From Chara braunii (Eukaryota; Plantae; Charophyceae): DNA of 64,000 nt. The notes under the pieces are model-generated. The model was given only the letters and a program-made list of their open reading frames with translations, made no database searches and was not told where the DNA came from. Below are positions 1 through 13,199 of the stretch, one piece after another; within the stretch, counting starts at the first letter, position 1, and every line of letters starts with the position of its first letter. The stretch covers positions 2,497,202 to 2,561,201 of the forward strand of contig BFEA01000010.1 in assembly GCA_003427395.1 (NCBI GenBank), read 5' to 3'. A program made the position numbers and the translations under genes.

Positions 1-589
1 TTGTATCGGAGTGGTCTTGCGACCCTCCCCCCTGCCCGGCATCAAGACCAGATCCATCGAACCTTGTCGAGGCCACGCTCACCAACAACGAGCTTCCATC
101 TTCGCTATCATCGTCGTGCTCGTCGCCGTGATCTCCAAGCTCCGCCTCGAACATCTTGGTCGTGACCTTCGCAAAGCTCCGACGTCGTGATCTTCGATAA
201 AGCATTCGACAATTTTTATTGAAATCCTTCGGCCTTTTAAAAAAAAAAAATAGGCGAATACCAAGAAAGTGCTCTTATTTTGAAGTTTTTTCCCCATAAT
301 TTATTCAAAATACTATAACCTAAAAACAAAAGAATTTGATTGAAAAGAGATTTTAAGTATAAAACATCTAAAGAATAAGGAAATCCTAACTTGACAGGCA
401 CTTCAGCGCCTTCCTCCTCTCCGCAGCTTCACCTTGAACATGACCGGTGTCACGACCAGGTACATGCAATTTCTATTTTTTATTTTTTCTTACTTCTTTC
501 TCCTCCGACTCCTTCCCCCCCCCCACTACCTTTCCTTCCCCCCCCGCGACGCTCTCTTCTCCCCCGCTGCCTACATTTCTTCTCCCCCC

Positions 590-1097
590 NNNNNNNNNNN
601 NNNNNNNNNNNNNNNNNNNNNNNNNNNNNNNNNNNNNNNNNNNNNNNNNNNNNNNNNNNNNNNNNNNNNNNNNNNNNNNNNNNNNNNNNNNNNNNNNNNN
701 NNNNNNNNNNNNNNNNNNNNNNNNNNNNNNNNNNNNNNNNNNNNNNNNNNNNNNNNNNNNNNNNNNNNNNNNNNNNNNNNNNNNNNNNNNNNNNNNNNNN
801 NNNNNNNNNNNNNNNNNNNNNNNNNNNNNNNNNNNNNNNNNNNNNNNNNNNNNNNNNNNNNNNNNNNNNNNNNNNNNNNNNNNNNNNNNNNNNNNNNNNN
901 NNNNNNNNNNNNNNNNNNNNNNNNNNNNNNNNNNNNNNNNNNNNNNNNNNNNNNNNNNNNNNNNNNNNNNNNNNNNNNNNNNNNNNNNNNNNNNNNNNNN
1001 NNNNNNNNNNNNNNNNNNNNNNNNNNNNNNNNNNNNNNNNNNNNNNNNNNNNNNNNNNNNNNNNNNNNNNNNNNNNNNNNNNNNNNNNNNNNNNNNN
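590..1097. other. Assembly gap (N run); further gaps at 32800-32854, 41758-41822, 44966-45080, 48229-48318
   Basis: Runs of N, mostly inside low-complexity or tandem repeats. Confidence 0.99.
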
Positions 1098-1559
1098 CCA
1101 TCTGCGCACGTTACTCCCCCCTTCCAAATCGCGCGCCCCCACTCCCCAACCCCGCTTCCACTTCCACCCCCCCCCTCGTATGATATGTCTATCCTATATT
1201 TTTAAACGTACATTTTATTCTTCTCTCAAATCTTTCATCATCTTTCAAAATCTTTCAATTCACTTCCACTACTTACGTACCACTATCTCTATCGATAGTC
1301 TAGGGATATTGTTCTTTGCAATTTCTTATCTTTTCGACTATCAAAACACTTCTTTTTTTTTCCATAATTTCCTCCTTCTCCACAATCCGAATTATTCCTT
1401 TTTAACATTTCAAAAGAAGATTGATTCACAATTTTTTTTGTAATCTTTAATCAAACCTTTCATTTCTTTTTCTCAACCCGAATCCTATTATTTTTTATTT
1501 TTTTAAAGAGTTTCTTTCCCATTTTTCTCCCAATTATTTTGCAAACCATAATTCCTTTT

Positions 1560-2320
1560 TCAAAAATATATCGGGAATTACTTTCAATTAACTTAAAATC
1601 TTATTAATTAATACTAAAATAATTTAAATTTCAACTTAGCCTTAGTCCATGTTAAATCTATTTAAAATTAATTAAATAATCTTAAATAAATTAAGTTTGT
1701 TTTAAATCTATTTAAAAATTAATTCAATTCGTTTTAAGTCTATTTTAAATTAATTCAATTCACTTAAATTAAGTAAGTTTGTTTTAAATCCATTTAAAAT
1801 TAATTAAATTCGTTTTAAATCCATTTAAAATTAATTAAATTTATTTAAATTAATTAAACTCAATTTAAATTCATTTAAAAGTAAGTAATTTCGTTCAAAT
1901 TGATTTAATTCGTTTAATTTATTTTAAATTTATTTAAATAAATTAAATTTGTTTAATTTGTTTTAAATCCATTAAAATTTTAATTAAATTTATTTTAAAT
2001 TATTTTAAATCCATTATAAAAAAAATCATTTAAATTTATTTTAAATCCATTTAAATTAATGAAATTCGTTTAAGTCTAATTTAATTAGTTACATTCCTTT
2101 AAAATTCGTTTAAGACCCCATATTAAATATGTTAAATTTATTTAAATTAGTTTAAATTCATTAAAACAACCATAAATTTATTTCGATTGAATAAAAAGTT
2201 TATTTTTTTGAATTAATTTATTTTGGAATTTGAAAATCTGACTTTAATTAATTCCCTCATGATTTTTCGAGTTTTTTCTTTCAAAAATGCATTCAATTTA
2301 AATACAAAAAAAAAACGGCA
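1560..2320. repeat. Extremely AT-rich degenerate tandem tract (TTAAAATTAATTAAATT-like), leader of the gag fragment
   Basis: Near-pure A/T with a recurring ttaaa(a)ttaattaaattcgttt motif; a comparable AT-rich leader precedes the paralogous gag at 8840-9141. Confidence 0.8.
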
Positions 2321-2346
2321 AAATTCACACATCTCCTTCTCTTCCA

Positions 2347-2870
2347 TAACCCGCCGCACCAACACTTCTCTGCGCAACGGCGCTTGAGCCGTTGAGAACG
2401 CCACTGCAGCCTCAGCCTCCACCACTACTTTTACTTCCTCACCCTCAGCCTATCCCTCCACAATGGCGTACGGTTCCTCAACCATCAACATGAGCGCTAT
2501 TGACACTGCATCCGCAGACAGCCTGATTCGTGATTTCATGTCAGAACAACCCGCACCTGAAGCCACCCCCTCCAACATCTCCCTACTCATCATGATGCAA
2601 TCCATGCAAGACACCATCTGTGCCCTCCAATCCTCCTTCGCCACCTCCATCTCCGACCTCTCCAGCCAGATAGATAACATGACACAAACATCAACCCCTT
2701 TCATCCAAGTGGTCACTACCACGATTCCCACTTCCACGTCGGGTTCTGGTCTGCCCCCACGTCCTCCCCTCCTCATTCTCAGTCCCACCTCCACCCCTTT
2801 TACCTCCACTCCCACCGCCGGCCCATCCGCCAATCCCACCTCCACCGCTTCTATCTCCACCTCCACCGCT
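2347..2870 (+). pseudogene. gag: Truncated N-terminal gag of an element-A-family retrotransposon
   Basis: MAYGSSTINMSAIDTASADSL...LQSSF...PFIQVVTTT aligns with the element A N-terminus MAEESSINISSINTLSVDNL...LQASL...PTIQVVTTT (minus strand, ~8680-8430). Confidence 0.7.
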
Positions 2871-2916
2871 CATGTTAGGGGGTAGTTGAAGTTTGTAATT
2901 TACAAGGGATGTTTGT

Positions 2917-4143
2917 TTACGTTACCCCCATGGCCATGGATCCCACGGCCTCGGCCGCGGTCGAAGAGGCCGGCCGCAACCCCGTGGTCGAGGCCGCACG
3001 ACCGACATTTTTCCCGGTCGCGCCAAGCACAGGCGGAGCCGCGAGCCCAAAATCAGGGTGCGCGCATCGCCTGCGCGTGGCGTCCCCCACCATAACGAAC
3101 TAAAACAAAACAAAAAAAGTAAAATTTAAGGGGGGATAGTTTTCAGGTGGGAAAAAAAAAATAAAAAAGAAATGAAAGGACAGGGTGGGGTGGCCAAACA
3201 CGCCCCCTTGCTTCTGAAAATCAAACTGCAAGAGGGAAAAAATTGGGGTCACCCCATACCACAACACTGTGAGCACATGTGTGTGCGTGTGGGTGTGCAT
3301 GTCCTAGTTGTGTCCAGTCTCATTTCCGAAGGGCCTCTACAAATTAGTAAGTATGCCTCGTGTAGCAGAGATAGATATTAAACTTCCAGTTTGTCTGTGT
3401 GGGCCGAGAATATATAGTCTGGACTCAAATTCAGGTTTGTGCATCATAGTTATGGGTCACTGTTTCTCTTTTGTGACCGTCTCCTTTTTCTTTTGTTTCT
3501 CATTTTCTTTTGTTTTCTTGTTTTCTCTTTTGTTTTCTCGTTTTTCTTTTCTTAGGAATACGTGCAGTGCCCCTAAGGGCCTCTACTCGCCACATGCACA
3601 AATGCCAAAACATATGGCGGTGCATTATTCCACGTCCTAGCAGAAGATTTGTTCTAATTCTGTACATTTGGTTAGTACTGCAACCAAGCCTTGAAAATAA
3701 CGTGCAGAGATCAACAGGGCTAGCGAACTGAGCAACCCATAACCGCTGAAACACAAACGTGAATACGAATCCTGAGTATGTATTAAGCCAACTCTTGCTC
3801 TACTTCGTATTCACTGCTTGCCTCGATTTTGGTGGAGGGTCCTTGCTAAATTGCTGCAAGGACCATCACCGCCGAATGGCCTGTGCAAAATTTTCAGGAG
3901 GACTCTAACTCCATATCAATCATTAAAAAAATGGAAAAAAAAAATCCTGCTTTTTTTTTCTCCTTGTTAACCGTTTTTTGTTTTTTATTTTTTTAAATTT
4001 GTAAATGAAGTCAAATTAAAAATATATATATATATATGGGGTTGTAGGGTTTTGCACAACTAGGCCTCCTGGTCACGGCCACGGACAACTTTTTCGGTCG
4101 CGGCGGCGAGATTGCCCGCGGCCACGGCCGCGGGTGTCACGTA
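2917..4143. mobile_element. Non-autonomous TIR DNA transposon (Mutator-like by TSD length) inserted in the element A integrase
   Basis: GATGTTTGT at 2908-2916 and 4144-4152. Imperfect TIR TACGTTACCCCCATGGCCATGG vs rc TACGTGACACCCGCGGCCGTGG. Removing it restores integrase ...GPFPVIAQTSLVNYKLQLPPNM. Confidence 0.8.
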
Positions 4144-5315
4144 GATGTTTGTGCAATGACAGGGAATGGACCGAGCCACTTATTTGAGAATTTATTGGAT
4201 AAGCCATGTTCGCGTTCAAAGCGTTTGGTGGAGAACCAGACTTCATCCTCTACTTTGAATGTGATATCTCGTCTGTGTTTGTTGGTTTTGTTGACTTTTT
4301 GTTGTTGGGTTCGTTCAAGGGCATCAGTGGCTTCTTTGAGGAGGTGGTTCATTGTTGTAACCCATTCATTGAGAGAAGGACAAGGAGTGGATGGGTTGAG
4401 CTGCGAGGGGAGCAAGAAGTCTGAGGGCAAGCGGGGATGGTAGCCAAGGTCAAGGTAGTATGGGGACATGCCAATGGAAGGGCATACAATATTGTTGTAG
4501 GCAATCTCGGCGGTGGTGAGCAACTAATCCCAGTCGTGCTGATGTGGTTGATAATACTTCCGCAGGATCCTTGGGAGAGTATCGTTCATCTTTTCGGTCT
4601 GACCATCTGTCTGGGGATGGAATGCAGTGTTGTACTTGAGAGTGGTGCCGTAGGCTTTGAACATGTTTTTCCAAAATTGGAAAAGAAAGTGAGGATCATG
4701 GTCACTGATGATGTTTTCAGGGAGACCGTGATGGCGTGCGACATGATGGAAGAAGAGTATGACGACGTCTTTTGCATTGTGAGAAGTGGTGCAAGGGATA
4801 AAATGGGACTGCTTGGTCAAGCGACATACAATGACGTAGATGCAGTCATAGCTGCGGTCGGTCTTGGGGAGATCGCACACGAAATCCATAGAGATGGACT
4901 GCCACTGATGGGTGGGGATAGGCAATAACTGGCACTTACCAGGATTGGCCTGGTTTGAGGGGTTGACTGCTTGACAAGTAGGGCATGAGCAGATGTATGC
5001 TTTGACGTCGGCAAGGAGTGAGGGCCAATAAAAGTAGCGAGAGACGGTGTCGAATGTCTTTTCGAAACCAAGGTGTCCTGCGGTCTTGGCGTCGTGGTGT
5101 TCGACCAAGAGTTGGGTACGGAGACCACGTGCGTCAGGGATACAGAGTCGGCAAGTGCCTTTAGTGTTAGTGTACAAGAGGTTGTCGTGGAGAGAGTAGT
5201 CGGGGACGGTGTCGAGGTCGCGAAGCTTGTTGTAGATGGTAGATAAATTTTGGCATGAAGAGTACCTGTGAGTATAGCGGTGGTGGAGTGAAGGTAGGAG
5301 CTGAATATGGGTCAT
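4144..5315 (-). pseudogene. pol: Integrase of element A (C-terminal remnant continues at 2872-2916)
   Basis: HH-CC zinc finger (EHHDAKTAGHLG...CPTCQ), SISMDFV, ISDHD, FHPQTDGQTE, AEIAYNN, GPF motif. Confidence 0.92.
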
Positions 5316-5351
5316 GGCGGCATAGACTTTCTAAGGGGGCTTGTGATCAGG

Positions 5352-6100
5352 TCATCGAGAGAGGGCATCAATGACGCAGTTGCTTTTGTCGGGGGTGTGA
5401 CAGATGGTAAATGTAAACTGGGTGAGAAAGTCTAACCGTCGAGCTTGGCAGGGTGTGAGTATGCTTGAGACAATGGTGTTGTTGGTTCGGATCGTAAAGT
5501 GCTGATCGTCAAGGTATGAGCGCCAGACTTTGACGGCATGGATAACGGCAAGGAGTTCCTTTTCATTGGAGGGATAGTTCATCCCCGCGGGGATGAGCTT
5601 CTTGCTCGTAAATGCGATAGGATACTCACTAAGTGAACCTTCAGAGTGGGTGGGAAGTGTTGGGACATGACAGCTCCAACAGCCAAGTCTGAGGCATCGG
5701 TGGTAGCATACAAGTGTCGAGAGGGGTTAGGAATCTTGAGGACAAGCGTTGTGGTAAAGACTTGTTTGAGGATGTCAAAGGCGGCTTGACGACGTTCGTT
5801 CCATGCAAAAGGCTCGGTGGTCTGTGCACATGTGGAGTTCATATGTGTCATTTTTCTTGACGAAGAGATAGCTGGTACCGAAGGTTGATGAGCTATGCTT
5901 AATGAATCCTTTTTCAAGGAGTTCATTGAGTTGCCGCTTCATTTCCTCAGCCTTGGGGACAAAGAGTTGGTCTGGTGGTCGACAGGGGGGAGTGTGGCCT
6001 GGTTCCAGATCGATGGTGTGAGAGACGCCACGATCGAGGGGTAGACCGGCGGGCAAGGACTCGAGAAAGACGTCCTTGAACTCTGTGAGGAGGGAAGTGG
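5352..6100 (-). pseudogene. pol: RT N-terminal stub and RNase H of element A; RT core deleted
   Basis: HTIDLEPG...ELLEKGFI...LFVKK..ELHMCTDHRA joins directly to FAWNERRQAAF...TDASDLAVGAV...NYPSNEKELLAVIHA...DALSR. Confidence 0.88.
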
Positions 6101-6299
6101 TGTGTGGGTAGGAAGGAGGGGCTTGGTCTGGCTTGGTCATTGGAAGCAGGTCCTCAAGACGCTCACGATCAATGACAAGGCAATAGTAGGCAGAGTCGGG
6201 ATATTGGCGGGTCATGTGGAGGAACTGATGAGGGGAGACGGGGGGTGGAGTAGTAGGAGGAAGAAGGTAAGGGATGTCGAGGGTAGCGTTGGGAGATGT

Positions 6300-8812
6300 A
6301 CTAAGGTGGAAGAATGATGGAATCAGATGGATGGAATGCGTAGGGTATGTAATGGTCAAGCCAAAGGGTTCCCTGGACGATGTCGCACATGAGGTGCATA
6401 ACATCGAAGGTGGAAGATCTGACTGCGAAGGGAACCAACAGTCATGGTGATATCGGGAGCAGTGCGATCGACAATGACGCCTGCGTCCTTGTCCCCCAGT
6501 CGGATAGAAATTGGGGAGTTGTAGCCGGTAGAAGAGAGACCGACTTTGCAACCACAGGCGTCGGTGATGAAGTTGTCAGTGGCACCTATATCAAGGAGGG
6601 CCCGTATCTTTATCATAGTTGCGCCAAAAGAGACGGAGACAAACTTGAGTTGGAATTGAGCGGTTCCAGCACAAGCAGAGGAGATCATGGTGTCGAGGAG
6701 GCGTTGCTCCAGGCCTAGCCTGACAAGCGGATCGTGTCGAGCTTGTTCCTCAATAACATCAGAGAAGGTAATGGAAGAGGGATTAGGAAGACGAATGGAA
6801 CAACACGTGCTAGTAGGGAGTTCGACCAACGGAATCGGGGACGTCGTCGGGAGGGGGGCAGGCGGAGTCGAACTCGATGACTGGGGGTCGTCCCATGGGA
6901 TATGTGTCACCGGAGGAGGGGTAGGCAAGCGGATCGTTGGTGCCAAATGGGTCATCGGTGGAATGGAAGTCGTTACTGATGGTGGGGCCGACAGACTAGT
7001 TGTTGATGCCAGGTGGGGATCACGACATTCTAGGGGACAATGTTCATGCCAGGAAGGGACCAGATCCTGTGGTGGGGGATGGAGCGGAAGTCACGGGTCA
7101 GGATGTCGCAGACCGGGGTGCCTGTCGAGTGAATTGGCCGGCGTTGGGGCAGTTTGTTTGTTGGTGTCCCAAATGGCGACGACGGAAGCAGCCACCATTG
7201 GCTTGAAGGTAGGTGCGTTCCTCCAATGTGAGTTTATTGACGCGGGGAGGCTGAGTGGATGAGGAAGGTCGAGCAATGCGATCCTTGCGGCCCATCCCTA
7301 TGAATTGGATGGTGTTGAGTTCCTCGATGGTGAAGGACGACGAATCGAGTGAGTCGAGGAGTGTGTCGAGGTCGGGTGTGGAGAACTCGTCCGAGGAAGC
7401 GGTGGAGGTGGTGTCTTTGGAGGTGATGTTGTGAAAGAAGTGGGGGTGAGAAGGGGCCGATGTGAGTGCAACCTTGTAGAGGGGGAGGAGGCGGTCGATT
7501 TAGAGGGCATGAGTAAGGAGGACGGCGAGGGTCATGGAAGGCTCGTGGACAAGGTTTGCCACTTGGTCCTTACGGAATACCCGCTTAACACGAGAGATGA
7601 ATGTGGTGTCGCTGATAACGTCGATGGCGATGTCTTGGCAAAGCGAGCGGGTGTATTGATTAAAACAGTCGGTTGGCCCATTTTGGCGGAGCCGATAGAA
7701 TTCGTCGAGGTAGTCGTCGACCGTTTTTTGTGGACGGAAGGTGGAGGTGATCATGGTGGCCCACTCAAGGAAGGAGTGAGGTGGAAGACTGACATGATTG
7801 CGGCTGGAGATTTATGTGTATCACCAGCGAGCGGCGCCGTCTAGGAGTTTGGTGCCCTCGATGGGGAGCCAGTGGATGACGGGAACGTTGTGGAGGGAGA
7901 AGGCTTGTTGGAGTTTGGTGAGAAAGAGGGAGACGTCCTCATGGGTTGGTCGGAGAAGGTGGGGATCTCGTTGGCATGGAATGACGGAAGGATATTGCCG
8001 ACTTTGGGGGTAGTGGCGGCGAGGGCGTTGAAGTCAAGGGCGGGGGAGGAAGAAGCGATCCAGGTGCAATCGTTGGTGGGGTTGGTGGGAATGAGGGCAT
8101 TTGGGGGAAGTGGTGGAAGAGCGGGGTACAGGGCTTGTGGTGTGGGAGTGATCTGGGTCTAGGTGGGGAGGGTGGAGACGATGGTGGACGAAGTCAAGAG
8201 AGGTTTCGATTGGGGGGGAATGATCGACAATTGTATAACGGTGGGGATTGTTGTCTTGGGTGAGAGGGGAGGTAGGATGACGATGGTGGAGGTGGTGGTG
8301 GATAAAGGCGGGGGCGTGGATGACGTGCTGGCAAAAGGAACGGCGGATATGGAGGAGGAGGTAAGTGGTGTAGATGTGGAGGCGAAGGGTGGGGGAAGGG
8401 TGGTGGAACTCGAGGTGGAGGAGGGGGCCGTGGTGGTGACGACCTGGATGGTGGGGGAGGCATGTTGGTGTTCCATGGTGGTTATCCGGTCAAAAAGGCC
8501 GGAGAGGGACGCTTGGAGGGTGTTGAGGGTGGCCTTTATGCTTGTCATCAGGGAGAAGAGGGTAGAAAAGTCAGTGGGGGCCTCCTAGGCGGCAGCCTGT
8601 TGGCCAGTAAGTTTGTGACGAAGGTTATCGACAGACAGGGTGTTGATAGAGGAAATGTTGATGCTAGATTCCTCGGCCATTACGAAGGAAACGACCTAGG
8701 TGGTGGCGGTTGCGGGAGAAGTGGGCGGTGATGAGGTGAAGGCAGCTGCAGCAGCGGCAGCAGTGGCGGTGTCAGCAGCAGCGCGCTGAGAATTCTTGGT
8801 TTTGCGTGTCAT
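6300..8812 (-). pseudogene. gag: Gag and aspartic protease of element A
   Basis: S/T/P-rich N-terminus, LRQNG gag core, decayed knuckle GGCFRRRHLGHQQTNCP (~7140-7200), protease ALLDIGATDNFI (~6560-6600). Confidence 0.8.
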
Positions 8813-9141
8813 GCAGGGGGGAGGGGGGAGGGATTGAAGGCTTTTATTTACAAAATGAAGAGGATTGTGAAAGTTTTATTGAAAAATGAAGGGGAAAAAA
8901 AAAAGAATTAATTTCGAATAAAGAGATTAATGCCGACGTGGATTAATTGAATTTATTCGAAAATATTTAAATAAATGACAAGTTCATAAATACATTTGAC
9001 AAGAAAAAATTTCAAAAAATAATTAATTAACGTTGAAGTATTTTCGGATCACAAAAATTTTGAAAAATAGTAAAATACTTAATTACAAGTATTGTCGAAT
9101 TTCAAAAAAGTAAATTCGAAAAATAATTAATTATTTCTAAA

Positions 9142-10075
9142 TGGAAGGAAAATGAGCGATAGCGAATTCCAGAAACCACGCAGCATCATACACATGAAAC
9201 CAGATACTCGTGACCTCGAACCAAAAGCAGAATTGCAACTCGAGTTCCTCCAAATAAGAGCACAGCAAAAGCTCACAAGTGACAATGTTGGAATAATCTC
9301 ATCATCATCAACAATGAACCAATGTTGATTCCCTATCTGGTGCTCAGCACCCAGACTACGAATGGCAGATCCTATCCAGCCAATCTACAATGTCGCTGGT
9401 GACGTCAACAACTCCCCGAAGTACGAGCAGATCTCGACCAATGTCGTTCGCCTCAAGCACCAGGTATGTCTCACGCATCACTCACAACCTCGATCCACCA
9501 CATAGATGTCACGTGCACCCAAGGACCACCATGCGCCCCATCCAGCATCTCGCAGGCCAGCTCGTCTATGGTTGTCTGCGTGTGCCCTGCTCGCCCGTGA
9601 GCGAGTGGGCGCTTTCTTGCCAATAGCGCAGCAGCGCTTGCGCAACAAGTAGCAAGTGTCCGAATGTCGCATGCGGAGGCAGGCACTTTCTTTTATCAAA
9701 GTGGCCTACCTGCTGTGAGTTGCCTGACTGCGCTGGGCCCTTGCCCAAAAGCTTTCGGTTGGCCCCAAGTGGCTGAGACCTTGACCCAGGGAATCACATG
9801 CAGGGCATGGGGTGGTTACCCGTGTCTAACTACCAGCGGCCCGTGTTCAGTCCACGCCCTCTGTTTGGCCCAGGGCCTGCCCCAGATTCATTTGGAAAAA
9901 GGCAGGCAGGGCCTGGGCTCAACCAATTGGCGTTCTCAACTGCCTGAATTTCCCAGTGGCGTCCAACCCAGCCAAAAGTAGGCCTCTCATGCCTTGGCAG
10001 GGCCGCCTTCACTTAGGGCGGCCGTTCTGGCTGAAACAGGGCCCAGTAGAGCTTACCGAGGCCTTGAGCCTCACA
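9142..10075 (-). repeat. 3' LTR of element B (934 bp)
   Basis: TG...CA termini; 9142-9823 matches 17054-17732; adjacent PPT. Confidence 0.9.
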
Positions 10076-10088
10076 TTCCCTCCTCCAT
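10076..10088 (-). promoter_or_regulatory. Polypurine tract of element B
   Basis: Minus strand ATGGAGGAGGGAA directly precedes the LTR TGTGAGG. Confidence 0.8.
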
Positions 10089-10157
10089 ACTTCGACAGTC
10101 CTCTAAGAAGTTCAATCATTCAATTTGGCGTTTTCGTTTCTGCAGTGACTTCTCATA

Positions 10158-11685
10158 CTAAGCGATAACATGTAGAGCGGTTTGCATCAGTTCCTCGCAT
10201 GTAAACCATATGTCCTCCTTTGGATCAATGTGCTGCCTAAACCGAACGCGGCAACTCAGCTTCGACTTCGGAGGACGGCCCCTGCCTGTTGGTTTTGGAA
10301 CCGGCATTTCTTTGTGATCCACGATGTTGTCGATGTCGACCTCTCCATCCATGGTTGGGGGCAGCATTGAGCGACGAGAGGGAAACTCATCAGTTTCCTT
10401 GAAAGGTGCAAGCTTGGAGGCGTGAAAGATAGGGTAGGTGCGAAGGTGACCAGGGATCCGAATTACATACGATGGTCAGTCCGGGTCATTCCCGACAACA
10501 TCTAGAACCTCCCATAGCCCAAAGTACTGTGGCATGAGCTTGCGGGAGATCCCATACTCCTGCCCAGTTCAGAAGCTTTAACTCAAACTTTGTCCCCTAC
10601 TTGGAATGTAGATGGGCAACGGTGCTTGTTCTCAGATTCTATCATCGCCGCCTGTGCTCTATGCATCTGTTCTGCAGCTTGCTACATCAGGCGTTCATAT
10701 CGATAGGCGAATTCTAAGGTGCGCGGTGCAGCAGCCGGCTGGTTCTCAGGCACCAGAAAGTCTAGGGGCAGAATAAGCTTAAAGGTCAGCAAAAGACTGT
10801 TAGGGCTCACCCCTGTTGCGTTGTGCATAATGTTGTTGTACAGACTGGCGACGAGAGCAAGTTTCTCATCCCAGTCCACCTGGTTAGGCTTGATATAGTG
10901 CCTCGGCAGGTGTTGTACAGCGTGGTTCAACTGCTCTGCTTGCCCGTTTGCCTTCGGGTGGTTCTCGGAGGTCATCTACAGCTGTGTTCCCTGTTCTGCA
11001 GCTGCGGTGTTCCACAATTCACTCGTAAATCGCACATCCCGGTCACTAACTATAGACTTTGGCAGCCCAAAATTCGGACTCAGTGGTCTTTGAAGTTTGA
11101 ACAACTTAATTACGTATTCGGTCTTGGCTGTCTCGGGCATTGCGACTAACCTGGCATACTTACTAAACCTATCCACAATGACAAAGATGTATCGCATACC
11201 GCTCTTGCTGGTGACCAGTGTGTCCATGAAGTCCATGGACAGGCTCTCACGGGGCCCTTTCCGATATCGGAAGGGGCTTGAGAAGCCCAAGAGGGGTCTG
11301 CGTACGTGGCTTGTCCCTCTGACACACCTGACACAGCTTGGTGTCTCTCATCATTGTGGGCCACCAGAACTATTGCAGCAAAGTTGGCTGCATTCTTCTT
11401 ATAACCGAAATGTCAGGTGGCGTTATAGCACTCACCTAAAAATAAACTACGCAAAGACTCCCAGTTAGGTACACACAAACGTTTATTCCTAGCCTTTTCG
11501 AGGAACATCAGGCAATTGACCAACACAAACCCGTCAAAAGTCACTTTATCCTTTGCCTTGAGCCTGCGTATAATCTCACCCATAAACGGATCCTTGCGAT
11601 AGGCTTCCACCAAAGATCGAGTAACATCGTTCGCAAGCCCGAACTCAGTGATCAGCGCACCAAGGAAGTCTGGCCTATGCGACAA
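10158..11685 (-). pseudogene. pol: Integrase plus chromodomain of element B
   Basis: SLSMDFMD, IVDRFSKY, SIVSDRDVRF, HPKANGQAE, LYNN; chromo-like IDNIVDHK...RVRF...EDIWFTCEEL. Confidence 0.92.
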
Positions 11686-11756
11686 CGCATCAACAACCTT
11701 GTTGTACTCTCCTTTGATGTACTGGGTTCAAAGTCATACTGCTCTATGACTTCAAT

Positions 11757-13000
11757 TCAACGTTTCAACGCATCGGAGAGCACGGGTTGGGTTCTCATCC
11801 ACTTTAAGGTCTGATGATCAGTCCTGACGTAGAAGAACCTCCCAAGGAGATAGTGCCTCCAGTGGTTTAGCGCTTTGTAGATCGCATAGAGCTCCTTCTC
11901 ATAGGTGGACTTAGCCAACTTCCGAGAGCGCATCCTCTTGGGCATATACTCGACCGGCCTCAACTTTGGCCCCTCCTGTTGCGCAAGCACGACACCAATG
12001 CCATATTGGCTGGCATCCCTGGTTACTATAAATGGCTTGTCGGGATCATAAAGTTTCAAGACCTCATGGTGTGTTATGGAGTGCTTCAGATGTTTGAAAG
12101 CAGCCTCACACCTATTTATCCACTCCCACTGGTGTCAAGACGGGTAAGGTCCATCAAAGGTGTGACCACTATGCTATAGTTTTTTATAAAATTGCAGTAG
12201 TAGCCTGTCATCCCTAAGAAGGACCTCATCTCAGTCACAGACTGAGGACGAGGCCAGTCACGAATGCTGGCCACCTTCGTGTGATCGAGTGTCAATCCCT
12301 TTACGGAAATCTCATGACCGAGGTACAAGACCCGGGTGCGGCCAAACTCGCATTTCTCCCAGTTAATCTTGAACTGGTGCTGCCAAAGGAGACTAAGGAC
12401 TTTGTATAAATGGGCTACATACCCCTCGACAGTCCTATTAAAGATAAGTATGTCATCGAGGTACACGATGACAAACTTGTCCAAGTAGTCATGAAAAATT
12501 TGGTTCATAGCGTGCTGAAAGGTGCCAGGAGCATTGCAAAGACCTAAAGGTATCACCACAAACTCGTACAAAGTGTACGTGGTCTGAAAAGCGGTTTTAT
12601 GTTGATCCTCGGGCCGGATTGCAATCTGATGGTACCCGAACTTCAGATTTATATTACCGAAGTACCGACACCCGTGCACTCGGTCCAACAAGTCATCGAT
12701 GTGCGGTAGGGGCTCTGCGTTCTTTATAGTGATGGCATTAAGGCCCCTATAGTTAATGCACATCCTCAATGTTCCCCCCTTCTTCGGTACGAATAGGACA
12801 GGAGATCCATAAGGGAAGACACTAGGCCGGATCCAACCCTTCTCTATGAGTTCCTTGAGATGTCGGTGATGCTCATCGAGCTCCGTTGGAGACATCCGAT
12901 AGATCCTACCCTTCGGAATGCTAGACCTTGGGATAATCCCTATCGCCTGGACGACGTCCCTCTCGACAACCCCTTTTGGCTCTTCAAATAGATCAGGGTA
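11757..13000 (-). pseudogene. pol: Reverse transcriptase and RNase H of element B
   Basis: SPVLFVPKKGGTLRMCINYRGLN, PLGLCNAPGTFQ, VYLDDILI, YLGHEIS; DASQYGIG, YEKELYAI, RTDHQTL. Confidence 0.95.
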
Positions 13001-13199
13001 CTTAGCGACCACTCCCTCTATCTCTGGAGGCATTTTCACTGGCTCGCCCTCCGCAGAGACATAAAGTAAGTACATACCCTCCTCCGGATTTTGCTTATAA
13101 TAATTATAAAATGCGGCCGCACACATGCATCCGTATGACTCAATCAGACTACTAGCTTTATACTTACGTAATCTGGCGGTCCCCCCTCCGGGCAAAGTG

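Larger units (their letters stand above)
2871..9141 (-). mobile_element. Element A: decayed Ty3/gypsy retrotransposon internal region (no LTR visible)
   Basis: Domain order gag-zinc knuckle-PR-RT-RH-IN on the minus strand with many stops and frameshifts; cut at 9142 by element B. Confidence 0.9.

Noticed and set aside
391-1443. Long ORFs across the first gap (also 41622-42014, 44806-45606, 48139-48564)
   Set aside because: Artefacts of N runs and low-complexity flanks
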